This document shows, in pieces, positions 1-13,126 of a stretch of DNA of 64,000 nucleotides. The notes below the pieces were generated by a model, which saw only the letters and a program-made list of their open reading frames with translations, was not told where the DNA came from and did not search any database. Positions within the stretch are counted from its first letter, which is position 1, and each line of letters starts with the position of its first letter. The stretch lies in NCBI GenBank assembly GCA_011109175.1, contig RDEW01000056.1, positions 62,001 to 126,000 on the forward strand. The letters are read 5' to 3'. Source of the stretch: Dicyema japonicum. Taxonomy: Eukaryota; Animalia; Dicyemida. The translations under genes and the position numbers were made by a program.

Positions 1-1064
1 GGTCTTAGTATCCATCGATATACAGAATGTCTTTGATTCTTATTCGAGGAAACTCCTAACGCAAAAGATTTTAAATTCGAGCTTACATCCGAACATCAAG
101 CTATGGTTGGAAAATTTCTTAACTGGGCGACGCGGAAGGGTCCGGATTGAAAACCACTTCAAAATAAAGACTACTTCCCAATGGGGTCTCGCAAGGCTCT
201 CCTTTATCTCATTTTCTTTTCAACCTATTTCTACATGACCTACCTACTACCAATGACCAGGACACTATGTTTTTATTTTATGCGGACGACCTAATTATCG
301 ATGCAAGAGATAAATCTCCTTCCGTGGCTGTAGCAACCGTTCAGTCACATCTAAACCGGGCATGTGACTGGCTATCTGCAAAAATATTATGTGTGTCAGC
401 ACCTAAATCCATGTTCATCATTTTCATTACTGATAGAAGATTTAAGGATGAACTCGAACTGTGTTTTTGAGATACTTCTATCCCTTCTACGCGGACCCAA
501 AAGATCCTTGGGGTAGTTTTCGACTCTATGATGACCTTCTCGAGTCACGTGAAGGAGGTGCTTGTAAAGGGTCTTCGGAAATGGAACATTTTAAAAGCGA
601 TCATAATGAAAAGCCCCTTCCCCCTTGCTGCTTGCGTCAAAAAGATCTACCAACTAGCCATTGTTCCTACTATTGAATATGCCTGCTCCGCCTAGAGATT
701 TGCCATTCTCTCTTCGAGAATTGATCGTTTGAACTCTCTCAGGCGGAAAATTATGCACCACACTGACATATTCGTTTCTGAGGAGGCGACGTTGAAGAAT
801 GGCCAGGGATTTTTATGTTTTTGCAAGGAACTGGGAAACTCATCCAAGGAAAAGGTGGCCCATGCAGAGGAATTTCGGTCGATTATAAAAAGTGCATGCC
901 GATTGAATTCCTATGCAGAAGGAAGAGAAGGCGCATCCGGAATGTGGTTGGGTCATCAGAAGACCAGGCGAAGAGAGTTCGGATGTTGTTGGAAGGCTGG
1001 GATCACCTTAGTTTTGACCTATTATTCTTGGTGGTCTTAGAGTTAAATAAATAAAAAAAATAAA
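1..1064 (+). mobile_element. Degenerate I/Jockey-like LINE, RT C-terminal part and 3' end
   Basis: Translates in shifting frames to GVSQGSPLSHFLFNLFLHDLP and YADDLII (RT motifs); ends in GGTCTTAG followed by an A-rich tail at 1045-1064. Confidence 0.8.
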
Positions 1065-1065
1065 A

Positions 1066-1740
1066 TTGAAAATGAGAGATCCACGTCTACATAACATTGA
1101 CCGACTTCATTCGGTCGGATTCACAACCAAGCCGAGACACTTTAAAACAGTGCTCTGCTCGATTGCCATACATAAAGCTTTTGACTCAGTCTCGAGGAAG
1201 ATTCTATCGAGAAAAATATTTCAATCGGAGATCCCAGGGAAGCTAAAGCTTTGGATTACCAAAGCTTCCTAAGTGGACGAAGGGTACGTGTTTGTTTCGG
1301 AGGTCTGAAATCAATATCACGGAGTCCCTCAAGGATTTCCTTTATCCCCTGCTCTGTTTAACCTCTTTCTAGCTGATCTCCCGACTCTTGAATCTGATAT
1401 TGATGTTCTACTTTCTTATGCGGATATATTGTGTTAGTTTCGCGAGATCTGGACATCCAGAAGGCCACAAAAAGAATACAAATAAACCTGGACAGGTTTA
1501 ATAGCCGGATAATTGAAAACCGGCTCGTGGTGAATGCAAAGAAATCGTCTACTTCACTATTTACCTCTGACAAAAGATTGGGAAGGAAGACAGTCACCTT
1601 GAAGTTAAACAAAGTCGGCATTCCTTTCAACATATGTCAAAGGTTCTTGGGTGTGACAATTGATATGCATCTCTGTTTGACACCACACGTAGAAAACATT
1701 CTATTGAAATGAGATAAGAAATTGAACGTATTGAAAAAGT
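1066..1740 (+). mobile_element. Degenerate LINE RT fragment (I/Jockey-like)
   Basis: KAFDSVSRKIL, GVPQGFPLSPALFNLFLADLP, LSYADI and FLGVTIDMHL motifs; frameshifted. Confidence 0.75.
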
Positions 1741-2305
1741 TTATCGGGAATATGAAGAGTGGTACTCACCTCGTCATTATGGATTTTCCACAATCCAATC
1801 AAATCAAAAAAGTTCTATACCACATGAAAGAGACTGTTTCATTTTTCAACTATAAAAAAGCAAACTGGAATGAATATTCAAAATACATCGATCAAGCTCT
1901 ACTAAACTTTGACATGATATTCCCTCAATAGATGAAGCTATTGACTTTTTGAACAAAACTATTCTCATGGCACGGAGAGCATTATTCCGTGTTGATCATT
2001 TAAATTCCACAATGAAAAACTCGATCAGAACACCAAATCATTAAAGAAAGGAATCGCCTGAAAAGACACGTAACTTCCTTTCCCGGATAGAAAAATCAAA
2101 CAAAAACTTTCAATGACGAAATATCAAAAAGGATTAGAAGAGTTGAAGCCAACAAATTGGACAAACTAGTATCTTCCCTTCCACTTCAGAATTCCGCTCA
2201 GACGATGTGGAGAGAAATTAAACAATTTGGCCCAAAAGGAAATTTTAACAGACAACATACGGATTAGCACAGTCTTAATAAACTTATGAAATATTACGCC
2301 AGTAT

Positions 2306-5300
2306 TATTATTATTATAAGCATCATATAAACTATAATTCTATTCGTGCCGCGTCTGAACAATCCTCTTAATTAGCCTTTCCCATCCCCTCCTGTCCGAT
2401 GCCAAGTGCCGCAGACTACTAAGGTCTTCACCGTCCTTTAGTAGTCTGGTTACTGATCTCAGGTCACCATTAAGGACTTCCGGAAGAGTTATTCTTGGAC
2501 GACCTCTGAACTTCTCTCCTGACGTATCGAAGTATTCTTCCATGACGACGTTTGCTGGCGTGTTTTGTACCAATCTGAGAATATGGCCAAACAATCTCCA
2601 GCGAGCCTTCATGATCATGGTGCTCAGAGGTCCGGAACCGCATCTTCTATATAAATTTTCACTCCCTACACGCATTGGCCACTTTAGTCCCAAGAGAGAC
2701 CGAAGTTGCCTTCTGTGAAAGGATTCAAGGTTTTGTTCGTCCGTTTTCGAAATTCCCCACGTCCCAGAGTTGTATGTTAGTATGGGCCTCACGAACGCCT
2801 CATACAACCTGAGTCGGAGTGATGGCCCGACCAAGCATTTTCTTATCCAACATTTCATAAGTTTTTGCATAGTAACCGTAGATAACAATTTTCTTCTTGC
2901 AATGTCTTCGGAGTCTCCGAGAAGAGAGCCAAGCTTTACGGTCTTCCTCCAACATTCACTATTGCGTAGTTCCATCCGCTTAATTTCAACAATATCCGTT
3001 TTCTGAACATTCAGTGATAGACACCATTTGGCCAAACAGCCTGATGCAACCTCCAAGAGACGTAAGAGTGCTTCTTTGTCAGTCGAGATAAAGTCAACAT
3101 CATCGGCATACACGATCTCCATAATATCATTGTTGTAATACTTCCGGAGGTCTTGCAGAGCCGATTCAAGGTATATAGCAAACAATACTGGGGAAAGGGA
3201 ATCTCCTTGGGGTGTGCCCACTGTTGAAATAATTTCCCGTGACAAACATTTTCCAATACGCACTCGTAACCTCGTGTTTGATAAGAGTATCCGTATCAGA
3301 ATAACCGAGTCCTTATCCAGGAAACTTTCAAGCACTTCAATGAGTTTTCCCCGACGGACAGTGTCGAAAGCTCTGGTCAGATCAATTCCAAGGATAGTCT
3401 TTGAGCTCCGGAATCTTTGTTGAATAGCACATTGCCATCTATGGCACCATACTACATCAGCCGTTGATCTCCCTGTCCTAAAACCACTCTGGCTCTGGGC
3501 CAAGTACCCGTCCACCGGCTCTTGGATCCGATTAAGAGTAATTAGGGCAAGGATCTTCCTTAAGGTGTTTAGAAGGATGACAGGGCGCAGGTTTTCAACT
3601 GGCCCAGGGGGTTTATTACCTTTTTGAACTGGTACTAGTATCCCCTTTCCAATTTCTGAAAAGTCCTTGTTTTCTATCATGTCATTCAGCAATTTTGAGA
3701 GTTTATCTGCAAGTTCTGGAGGGCCAAATTTTAGCAATTCAGATGGTATATTATCTGGTCCTGGAGAGCGCCCAGATTTAAGTTTCCTTATCGCCATGCA
3801 AACCTCCTCCGGTGAAATGATCCGTTCAAGTGTTGTGTTCTTAGGCGTGAAATCTGATTTTTCTCCTTTTACAAAGAACAGTTGTTCAATATGCGATGCT
3901 ATGAACTCTGTCTGTTCTGCAACATTTCCTATTGTTTTTCCATTTCTGTCATGCAAAATAAGTTTCACTGATTGGCTCTTCCTCCGTATTAGTCGTATAG
4001 CCATGAATGTCGCAGCATTGTCTTTAAGGTTTTCTACCTCTCTGATCTTGCTTTCCAACTGACTAGTGTGATGTAGTCTGTTTAGGAGTTTGATTTTTCT
4101 CTCAATTTGCCTTCGTTCTTGTTTCAGTTTGCAAACAGTCTGAGGATCGACAGTATTTTCGGATCTAAGCCTTAAGTTCTTCTGCAAATTCAATAGGGCT
4201 GACACTTCCGGGTGACGCTGACTGCTATGGGGTTTAAGTTCCCCCAAATGTTTGTCAGCAGCGGAAATGATCCCTCTCATAGTTTCGAGCCATGCCTTTC
4301 CTGGTGAAAGATCCGATGCCGTATTATTAATTGAATCCGATACACATTCTTTATAGTCTGCTTGTACTTTTGGTGAAGAGCCCAAGAGTTCAGTCATATA
4401 CCTTCTTGATCGCGTGGAATCTCCACCACGATGTGTTTGGAAGAAGCATCTTCTATTAGTTATCCCGTAGAGGAACTCCTCCGCAGTTGGACCAAGTCTT
4501 AAGCTGAATCTTGCTGACACAATTTTGTGATCACTGTTAACAGTTAGTCCTCCATAAGATCTCGAGTCCCGTAAGAGAGATTTGTCTTTTACTCGACACA
4601 GAATATAATCGATCTGATTATAAATCCTTATCAGATTTCCGGTGGTCGATAGTCTAGTGCCCATCCACGTTGTCTTGTGGCGTGCGGAATGTTGGAATTG
4701 AGTATTGCACAGGAATAAATCAAAGGATTCGCAGAAATATGCCAGAGCAGTACCAGAATAGTTCCTGATCCCCCTTCCATGTGGTCCAATAAAACGTTCG
4801 TGTCCTTGATGTACCCCAGCTTTAGCATTCCAATCACCAGCGATAAAGAGGAACGATGAAAACTTCAGAGAAGATACGACCTCGACAAGTTCTTCGTAGA
4901 AAACGTCCAATTCCTCTGGGTTTTTGGAAACACGGCCACTATGTACACGTTCACAATGGAAATTAGTTGCCTGGACTTCCCTTTGGGTCCAATAAGAAAT
5001 TGAATAACACATATCCTGTCATCAATTTTCCAATATCGATGTAATCTGGGGAGCAAATTCTTGTGAACAGCGAAACCCTGTCCATAGTGTTTACAGTACG
5101 ATGGAAGGAGGATTAGTCTGTAGTCTCCAAGGTTTTCATCGAGTCCTTTTCTGAGCTTCGTCTCTTGGAGACAGCAAACAGAGCATCCATATTTTGCAAG
5201 GTCCAGACATAGTTGGTGCCTCTTCGACCAGTCATTAAGGCCCCTGGCATTGAAGGTAAGGGTAGAAAACCAGAAAGGATTATTCAAATACGTATTAGAC

Positions 5301-5340
5301 ATATGTTGCTATAGGAGGGACGTCACCACCTCAACCAAAA
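2306..5340 (-). mobile_element. Full-length RTE-clade LINE (~3.0 kb) with 10-bp TSD and (TAA)n tail
   Basis: TSD ACGCCAGTAT at 2296-2305 and 5341-5350; (TTA)n on + strand at ~2303-2317; single APE+RT ORF; ~40-nt 5' UTR. Confidence 0.92.
2340..5302 (-). pseudogene. RTE ORF (APE endonuclease + reverse transcriptase), one frameshift near 4940
   Basis: APE motifs FNARGL, CLQETK, AGDWNAK, NQIDYI, SDHKIV; RT motifs QSGFRTGRST, IDLTRAFDTV, GTPQGDSLSP, YADD. The conserved VYAPHSG is broken by a ~7-nt deletion relative to the 20.4 kb copy. Confidence 0.9.
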
Positions 5341-6539
5341 ACGCCAGTATAAGCCATAAAACTTTCAGGAAAATGAATGGTCTTCTTTATCCTTAATGAG
5401 ACTTTATCTCACATTTTTCCCTCTCATGTGGGCCTGATTTTTCTAAGACCTATTGATGCAATCACAGTGATTTTCAACTATTCAATAAACATGAATACAA
5501 TTCCAACTACCTGGAAACTGTCCTATATACGCCCAATCCTCATGCATGGGAAGCCTAAGGACAATCCTGCATTATTTAGACCAATCTCTTTACTATGCAC
5601 TCAAAATTATTGGAAAATTGATTCTTAATCTTATAATTCTGTCCCTTCCTTTATCATCAGAAAGACTACAAGAATACCTTCACAAGATTCAAATTTAGCT
5701 AAATTATAACCGGCTTGATATATCTACTGAAAAATCTTCTTCGTCCTTATTTACCTCAGACAAACGACTTGGACAAATGACAGTGGATATATTTATCAAC
5801 TATACAAAAATACTTTTCACGAAGAAACTAAAAATCTTGGAAATAACCTTCGACACACACATGTCTTTTTCATCTCACGTCGAGGCATCTATGGAAGCTG
5901 CTAAGAAATCTAAGGATAATCAAACTATTTTCGGTAACATTAAAGCCCTTTTCGTAGCTTTAAAATTGTTGTAAAAACAATTCATTGAGCCATAGGGAAT
6001 CAATCTGTCTTGAACGAATTAGTAATCTAGTAATCTCTCATCACTTGAAGACCTTATCCGACAAAATAGAAAGTGATTTGCCACCCTGTGCAGGCAGTGC
6101 AACTCTCAACAATACACAGCCACGACGTGTCTTACGAGAAGAGTATAAATCACCCCAATTACTATTCCCCAAACCAACCCGCCTACAGAGAAATTACTTT
6201 GGATCCAAGAAGGCGCACGAAGAGAAGATGAGAAATCTGATTGAGGCCTTCCTAGGAACTTGATAATTTGTCAGGACAAGATTCCTCTATATTCTTAACC
6301 CTTTCCCCAAATGGGTTTGTTGGTTTCCTTGCAAAAGATCAGATTAAAATTATAAATTTAATCCACAAATACCCAAGCGTGATCATAATGTGATTCTCAC
6401 TACCATCTTCATCTTTTACGGTACTTTTATTTCGTACCGCACATTCGGTATGACTGAACTGGGATTTCCAGTAAGGATAAACGACCGCTAGATATTATGG
6501 CAGAGTTGTTCCTCTCGATGATTAGTCTGATAAGATTTT

Positions 6540-7830
6540 CTCTTAAGCTAGCTTAGACGGGAGATCAAAAATGAACAACCACGTGCAAATAGACTATAAT
6601 GACCCTGACATCCATAGTCCTTACAGATCAGGTACTCCGAGGAAAATATCTCAACGTTTTTGCTCATTAATGAAAAAAATAGTTTGTACAAAACCAAGAA
6701 TTACTCGAGAAGAATTGGCTGATGATTTGAATATTACAGGAACATCAGTGTCCCTTCGTACAATTATTTTTACACAAAGGTATCAATAAACGAAAGCCCA
6801 GTCGTGTTCCGTTATTAAAAAATAAAAATTTATGTACGAATTAAATATATCTTTTAAATAAAGAAAATGAACTCATGTTAGGACTAATCAAAAATAAAAC
6901 TTTTCGGACTGAACTACACGCCATCAATTTGGCGTAAATCCAATCAGGCGTATAACAAAAAATGCACCATACTTACCATAAAGCACGGGGGAGGTAGTAT
7001 CATGCTATGGGGCGGTTTTTCATCTAAAGGAGTCGGTGAACTACTTGTAATTGATGGAATAACAAATTCACTCAAATATTGCGAAATCTTAAAAAAATGT
7101 CTGTTACCTTCTGTCACTAAATTAAATTTGACAAAACACTGGACATTCCAGCATGACAACGATACAAAACACAAAATGACTGTTGAATTGTTAGAACGAA
7201 ACGAAATAAATGTTTTGGAATGGCCAAGTCAATCGCTAATCCAATCGAACATTTATGGAAAATTTTAAAAATCAAAGTTGATTTAAGGAAACCGAAAAAT
7301 ATTTAAAAATTGAAAACAATTTGCGATGAAGAATGGGAAATATTACCCCATTTGAATGGCGGAGGCTTATTTTGCCTTACAAAAAAGATTGTAAGCAGTG
7401 CTACTAGCAAAAGGGAATGCAACTAAATATTAATTAGATTTCGTGCGTTGACTTTTTTGCTCCATTAAATTGAATTTTAACAATAAATCGCTAATTATTG
7501 CACTATACTCGATTTAACATTCATTTTTCAACAATTAATCTAAAGAATCTTATATTTATTTTTTCGTTCTAAAGTCCAGCGGATATGATCGAGTGGCTGT
7601 TACCTCTGACTACTGCCAGGGATATCCTTTGGAAAAGCCACTCGGTTTCCCGACGCTCCCTCGAAACTTTGGTCAATAGACACCCAAGTGCTCTAAGGAA
7701 AGAGACCGTCTTGGGGCCAAAGACTCCGCTCCGCTCGTTTATTTTTTAAACTACAGTATTTAATAATATTTTCGTGGAGAATTATTAAATCTAAAATTTG
7801 CAAAGGTGCCGTGACTATTTTGCCCCACTA
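6540..7830 (+). mobile_element. Degenerate Tc1/mariner transposon (transposase remnant plus putative right TIR)
   Basis: HTH segment KPRITREELADDL; DDE motifs KHGGGSIMLWG, FQHDNDTKH, LEWPSQS. The reverse complement of 7814-7830 reads TAGTGGGGCAAAATAGT (Tc1-like end). Left TIR not found. Confidence 0.85.
7565..7737 (-). mobile_element. 5'-truncated CRE-like LINE 3' end (173 bp) with 10-bp TSD, inserted in the Tc1 element
   Basis: Near-identical to 21569-21735; flanked by TTTATTTTTT at 7555-7564 and 7738-7747. Confidence 0.85.
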
Positions 7831-8112
7831 CCTAGTTTTTGTGTTCGATTGGCCATATTTAAGTAACTATGAGCTAATATTATCAGGTACCGTTGAGTAT
7901 CAATATTTGAGGTTCTTTATTACTCTGGAGACCTCTTACAATGAAATTTATCTTTAAATTCATAGACCTTATCAAAGTTTGGTTTCCATTTCAAAAATAA
8001 AAATCGACAACTAATAAGGACTACAAGTACCCACGTGGATCATGAAAAATTTGTTATAAACCACGTGAAAGAAATGTGGTAAAAACTTTATTTTGATCAT
8101 AAAGTGAAAAAA

Positions 8113-8550
8113 TCAAGCTAATCTTAGAATTAGATGAACTCCAGAAGATGTGAAAACCGGTTTACTCAACTCGTTAGGGGATATGGCGAAAGCGACGTCC
8201 TCAAATTCTTTCTGCATTTGGTCTCTCCCAAAGAAGCCCAGGTCCCCGCCTTTCATGGCTGAAGAACAGTCACTCAATTTGTTGGCTAGATCAGCAAAAG
8301 AAGCCTCATTGGCCATGATTTGTCTCCGGATGTCCTCGATTCGACACAGAGCCTCGCCTTCAGTTATAATCACAGCCCCCGTCCTCCAGGAGTTTGGATT
8401 ACGGGATTTGTTGTGCTTCACAAGAATATGGGAGCAACGGACTTTTTCATTATTCGGGGGATCCCATTGAGACTGCTTGGTGTTCTTATTGTAGTAATAT
8501 GGACGTCCTGTTTTGCTTTCGCACTTAAACCAACCAGCGGGCAATTCCAT
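8113..8550 (-). CDS. PIN1: Pin1/Ess1-type peptidyl-prolyl cis-trans isomerase (WW + parvulin), 145 aa, intronless
   Basis: WW domain (LPAGW...GRPYYYN...SQWDPP); parvulin motifs HILVKH, SDCSSA, GGDLGFF, QMQKEFE, SGVHLI; intact ATG to TGA. Confidence 0.97.
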   Translation of the reverse strand: MELPAGWFKCESKTGRPYYYNKNTKQSQWDPPNNEKVRCSHILVKHNKSRNPNSWRTGAVIITEGEALCRIEDIRRQIMANEASFADLANKLSDCSSAMKGGDLGFFGRDQMQKEFEDVAFAISPNELSKPVFTSSGVHLILRLA

Positions 8551-8639
8551 TTAAATTATATATTTTAATTTTATTTATTTGTTATATTTATGAATTGACT
8601 ATTCATATTTTTGCGTCACGTGGTTCATCGGTTGTGATG

Positions 8640-10300
8640 GAGATTGAGCTGGTGTCTTGGGTCTTAAAAATGAACTCTAAAAGGCCTTAATCTACTCTCG
8701 TATCGTCAGGGGGATCTCGAAGAGATGGACGAAGAAAGGACTGTGCCATGATTTAACGAAGTACCGTATCTCTATCGGATTTATCAAGAAACGAAGGTCT
8801 CTGATGGATGCTGTGAACACCGTGGAACCCATAAACTAATTCTCTTCTCCCAATGAATTGAAACATTACGGAAAAGGTTTCGCAGTCCATGACCACCTTG
8901 TTCCTCGAATAAATCAATTATGGAAAGTCAATGACAGGATCATTGTCTTGCAAATCAATATGAATTACATGTTTCTTTCAAAAATTACATGATAATCATT
9001 AACATGTATTCTCCACATAGTGGTATATTTTGAAAAACCCTGGTCAACTGGATGACTTCTGTAATTATCAAGGAATTACTCAAAATATGAAACTTCATCG
9101 CTGATTTTTATTGCCGGAGACTTCAACGCAAAAGTTGGGATACCATCTGATGGAGAGGAATCGTTCATCGGAAGACACGGAATGGGGCGGAGAAACACTC
9201 AGGGAACACTACTGGCAAATTTTTGTCAAGTGAATGATCTCTTCCTCAGAAACACTACCTATATGCATCCAGCTCGCTTCAGGAGTGCATGGACTGGCCA
9301 TAGAAAGAACTCTGAAAACGAAAGTGTCAATATATACAATCAAATCGATTAAATCATTTTTTGTACTAAGGAGAAACGTCTACTGCATGATGCCATTCTT
9401 ACAGAGGGTCGATGATAAATAGTGACCATAAAATGGTTGACAAGTTCTGCCTGAAGAAATACTAAGAATCCGAACCTAAGCAAAGCGTCACCACCTTATT
9501 ATACCCATAAATATATGACCGAGAAGCTCTGGTCCCAGCCGCTGCTGGGAATAAATTACCAAAAGCATATTGAGAGCCACCTAATTACATTACCGACTAA
9601 TATGACTATACAAGACCTATGGGACTATACTAGAAGCATTATTTGCCTTGCCGCAAACACACACCTTGATATGAGACAATGGAAAGCTGGAAACATGTCA
9701 CTGGGAAATATGCAGTCTTAATACGACGGATATGAACATCAAAAACAAAGTTCGAGCTGAACGAAATATTATCAAAAAATAATTATGATACTTAATTATG
9801 CATATTCAAAGGACGTCTTTTATTACACCTTAGAGAACTGGAGCAATTAAAGGACAATGCGCAAATGCTGAAATTTGGACATATACATCTTTTCGAAACC
9901 ACGACGAAATTATTTAATGTTTACATCTAACTCGGTCCTACCTCTTGGAAAGGGGATACCTATACAATAGCCTAACAAACCAAAAAAACCACTAGAAAGC
10001 CTACATCCAGTAATATTGTTAAACACATTACGCAAAGTTCTTGCATCCGTTGCTTTGGACCGCTTAAAAACCCCACAAGAAAATACCTGTCAGCAAGCCA
10101 AACCAAATTTCGTAATGGAAGGTCGACAGCGGACATTCTATGGAGTCATAGGTGACGGTGAGCAACATCTCAAAGATATAAAAATGCCACAACTAGGCTA
10201 ACAATTCCCACGTGCCAATCACATGTGAATGGTACAGAAGAGGCCAACCGAGGTGTTTCAACTTCAACGCTATGAACACATATCCTCTTTCTGTAGGGTG
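8640..10300 (+). mobile_element. Heavily decayed RTE-clade LINE (5' part: APE and start of RT)
   Basis: NMYSPHSG, FIAGDFNAKVG, YNQID, SDHKMV and LLNTLRKVLA motifs in broken frames; 5' TTGAGCTGGTG motif near 8644. Confidence 0.8.
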
Positions 10301-10579
10301 AAGATGAGATGTCTCTGTTGGCACGGGAACACGACCTGAATGCGTATGGAGAAGAAAGAAAAGAGTAATATAACGAAGGGATACAATTCCGTGGAAATTT
10401 TATGGAAGGCTGGAGAAGTTGCTGGTACAGGAACGTCTATTTTCTACCGGGACTGCCACAGAATTTGTAATCTAAAGGTCGTTTGTGATATAGACGGGGA
10501 AATCTTATCTGTCAGATTAATGATGATCAAGAAGTCAATCAGCAGTATATGGAAGGCTGAAACTGACCGTATATGGAAA

Positions 10580-11855
10580 AGAAGATTGATGTAAAAATAT
10601 CAAAAGTGTTGGAAAAGTTGATCCTATCTGAAATTACTCCTCCCATAACTCAACCGAATTTCCAACACGGATTCCGTTCTGGAAGATCAACCACGACTTT
10701 CTTATCAACCCTTTCGCAGTTCATTGTGGATGGTTTCAACACTACCCCAAAACACATACGGACAACAATGGTCTCGATTGACATCAACAAGGCGTTTGAG
10801 TCTGTACCGAGGAAACATTTGATTGGAAAAATCTTTTATTCAAAAATTTGCCCTAATTTGAAGCTATGGCTGGCCAATTTTTTATCTGGATGACGTGGAA
10901 GGGTCATCATTGGCCACCTCAAATCACGTTAACTACCAAACGGAGTACCCCAAGGTTCGCCTTTGTCCCCCACTCTATTCAATTTTTTTATCAACGACCT
11001 GCCATTGACAAGAACTTCCTACTGCTTTCCTATGCTGACGATATCATCATTGCAACAAGAAGCAGTTCGACATCAGAAGCAGTCTCACTCGCACAGAAGA
11101 AAGTGGATTATATCCACGATTGGTTGATAGCTAACCGTCTCTCGGTATCGGCTCCAAAATCATCATGCACTCTATTCACCTCCGACCGGCGGTCCAAAGA
11201 AGAACCAGAAATCTTCATCGGACATACTCGGATACCTGTCACAAGGAACCCCTCAATCCTGGGAGTGACATACGACAGGCTGCTTCATTTTACCTACCAT
11301 GCCAAACAAGTCTTCACCAAAGGACTAAAGAAATTGAATGTCACACGTGCCCTCATCCAGAAGACCCCAGCGAATATGAATAAAGCAATCGGAACCATAT
11401 ACCGCCAGACAATCGCGCCGGCTGTAGAATATGCCTCTGCTGTGTGGAGATTCGCGCTATCAGAGGCCACAATCCAAAAACTAAACTTACTGCCAAGGAA
11501 AACAATACGTATGCTGGGACCACAATGTGGAACAGAAATACCTCCCCTGCTGACGGAATCTACAACTCGTAGATGTGGTTCCGGATTTCTTCGCATTTGC
11601 GTAAAAGATGGACACCCACTAAGCCTCTCACTGTTCCACGCAAAAAATCGGTTGGCTAAGAAATTTCCTTCCCCAATCGCCTTCCTTAATGTATGGATGT
11701 GCATGTTTAATGCATTTGCGAACCCAATGCTAACATATGAGCTGGTACTTGGGCCTGTTCAATTGCCTAATCGATGGCTCTCTATGCGTTTCACAGAAAA
11801 CAGCTTAAAGTGTTATTTGGCATGCAGTGTCCTGGAATTTATAAAAATGTAAGTG
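10580..11855 (+). mobile_element. I/Jockey-like LINE RT and C-terminal region (frameshifted)
   Basis: FQHGFRSGRSTT, IDINKAFESV, SYADDII, ILGVTYDRLLHF, EYASAVW. Confidence 0.85.
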
Positions 11856-11879
11856 TAGGTCTCTAAGCCTGAACATCAC

Positions 11880-12390
11880 TGACGCCCGATGGAGACTGTT
11901 TGGAAAAATCCGGTTTTGACACCGAAGCACTTAGGCCATCAAGCCTTGTAACTATTATCCTATATCTTCAACCTATCCATCACAATCCCTGAAATTCGGA
12001 AGAAGTCTCTAATCGAACCAACAACAAACCAATAAATGAACTATCATCCTATCGCCCAATATCTATTCTGAGATCATTGAAAGGCTTGTTATGGAAAAAG
12101 TCAGGATTCAATCTCAATACCTTCAACCCTGCACGGATTCTGGAGTAACCATTCGACCACAACACACCTAACACCCCTCTCACAATTCATTGCAGTAGAA
12201 TTTAACTCCGTCAAACCCAATCAAAATACAGTACTTATGGACATTACAAAAGCATTCGACTCAGTCCAAGGAAACTTTTTAAAAAGAAGATATTTGAAAC
12301 GAATATCCATCCGAACAAGCTTTGGTTTGGAAACTACCTACATGGAAAACAAGCACAAGTACTCTAAAATGTTTTATTTTCGAATGACAG
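11880..12390 (+). mobile_element. Degenerate LINE RT fragment
   Basis: NYHPIAQ (RPIS-like), HGFWSNHSTTT and MDITKAFDSV motifs. Confidence 0.65.
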
Positions 12391-12399
12391 TTATTTTAT

Positions 12400-12570
12400 A
12401 TTTATTAACCCCAAGTTTACGATATTTTGTAATCCCAGCACAAACACTCACAACTAATTAATCCAAAGGAGAATGTCTGCTTGTGCTAACTCCATCCTCC
12501 AATAGTCCATCACATGCTTCAGAAGAGGCTTGGGGAATTAGATTTTCCCTCTTCCATTTTAGACGCTATT
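12400..12570 (-). mobile_element. Non-LTR retrotransposon 3' end (same family as 27636-27850)
   Basis: Aligns by eye with 27644-27830 (TTATTAACCCCA...CCCAGCACAAAC...CTGCTTGTGC); both encode WKR..L....SSEAC..LLE.G on the minus strand. Confidence 0.7.
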
Positions 12571-13126
12571 TCATGCAAATGCATTGTGAGTAAATTTCAC
12601 TGTCACGCTATGTTGTAGTACACAATAGAAGACAAAAATTTCAATTGTCCACATTGATAGTGACTAAAAAGCAAAGGAAAGTGTTTAAGGTGAGATTCTT
12701 CACTTACAGACATCTTGTCTAACAATTTAGTGAATGTGGGATTGGGGTACGATAAAGACATTCATTACTAGAGTAGTGTTAACCAACAAACCTATTTAAT
12801 TTCTCGACCACCTCTAACTCAAAGATCATTCCTTTCTTGTCAGTGTTTTGATACCAAAAAGATCATTTTTTATTTTGGACCGTTTCCTTGTACATGGGAG
12901 CATTCGTATGTTTTGAGATGACCATGAAAATCTAAATTGATAAACATTATTAACATAAAGACTGCACATGCTGTAAGAACATATGGTATATACTTATACT
13001 AATACTTGTTCTATCTTTAATGCCAAAACGATAAATTTAAGGAAAGATCAAAGATTTGTTAACTATGAAGTAGCCAATTACTACATTCTGGGATTTTAGT
13101 CAATTTATAAGCGGAGGATGGCTTAA

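Larger units (their letters stand above)
1750..6265 (+). mobile_element. Degenerate I/Jockey-like LINE split by an RTE insertion (pieces 1750-2305 and 5341-6265)
   Basis: FNYKKANW motif in the left piece; LRPI, WKLSYIRPI and FRPISLL in the right piece. The frame KYYAS-ISHK is restored when 2306-5340 and one TSD copy are removed. Confidence 0.7.

Noticed and set aside
8610-8625. E-box GTCACGTGG about 65 nt upstream of PIN1
   Set aside because: A single short motif that could occur by chance; no TSS evidence.
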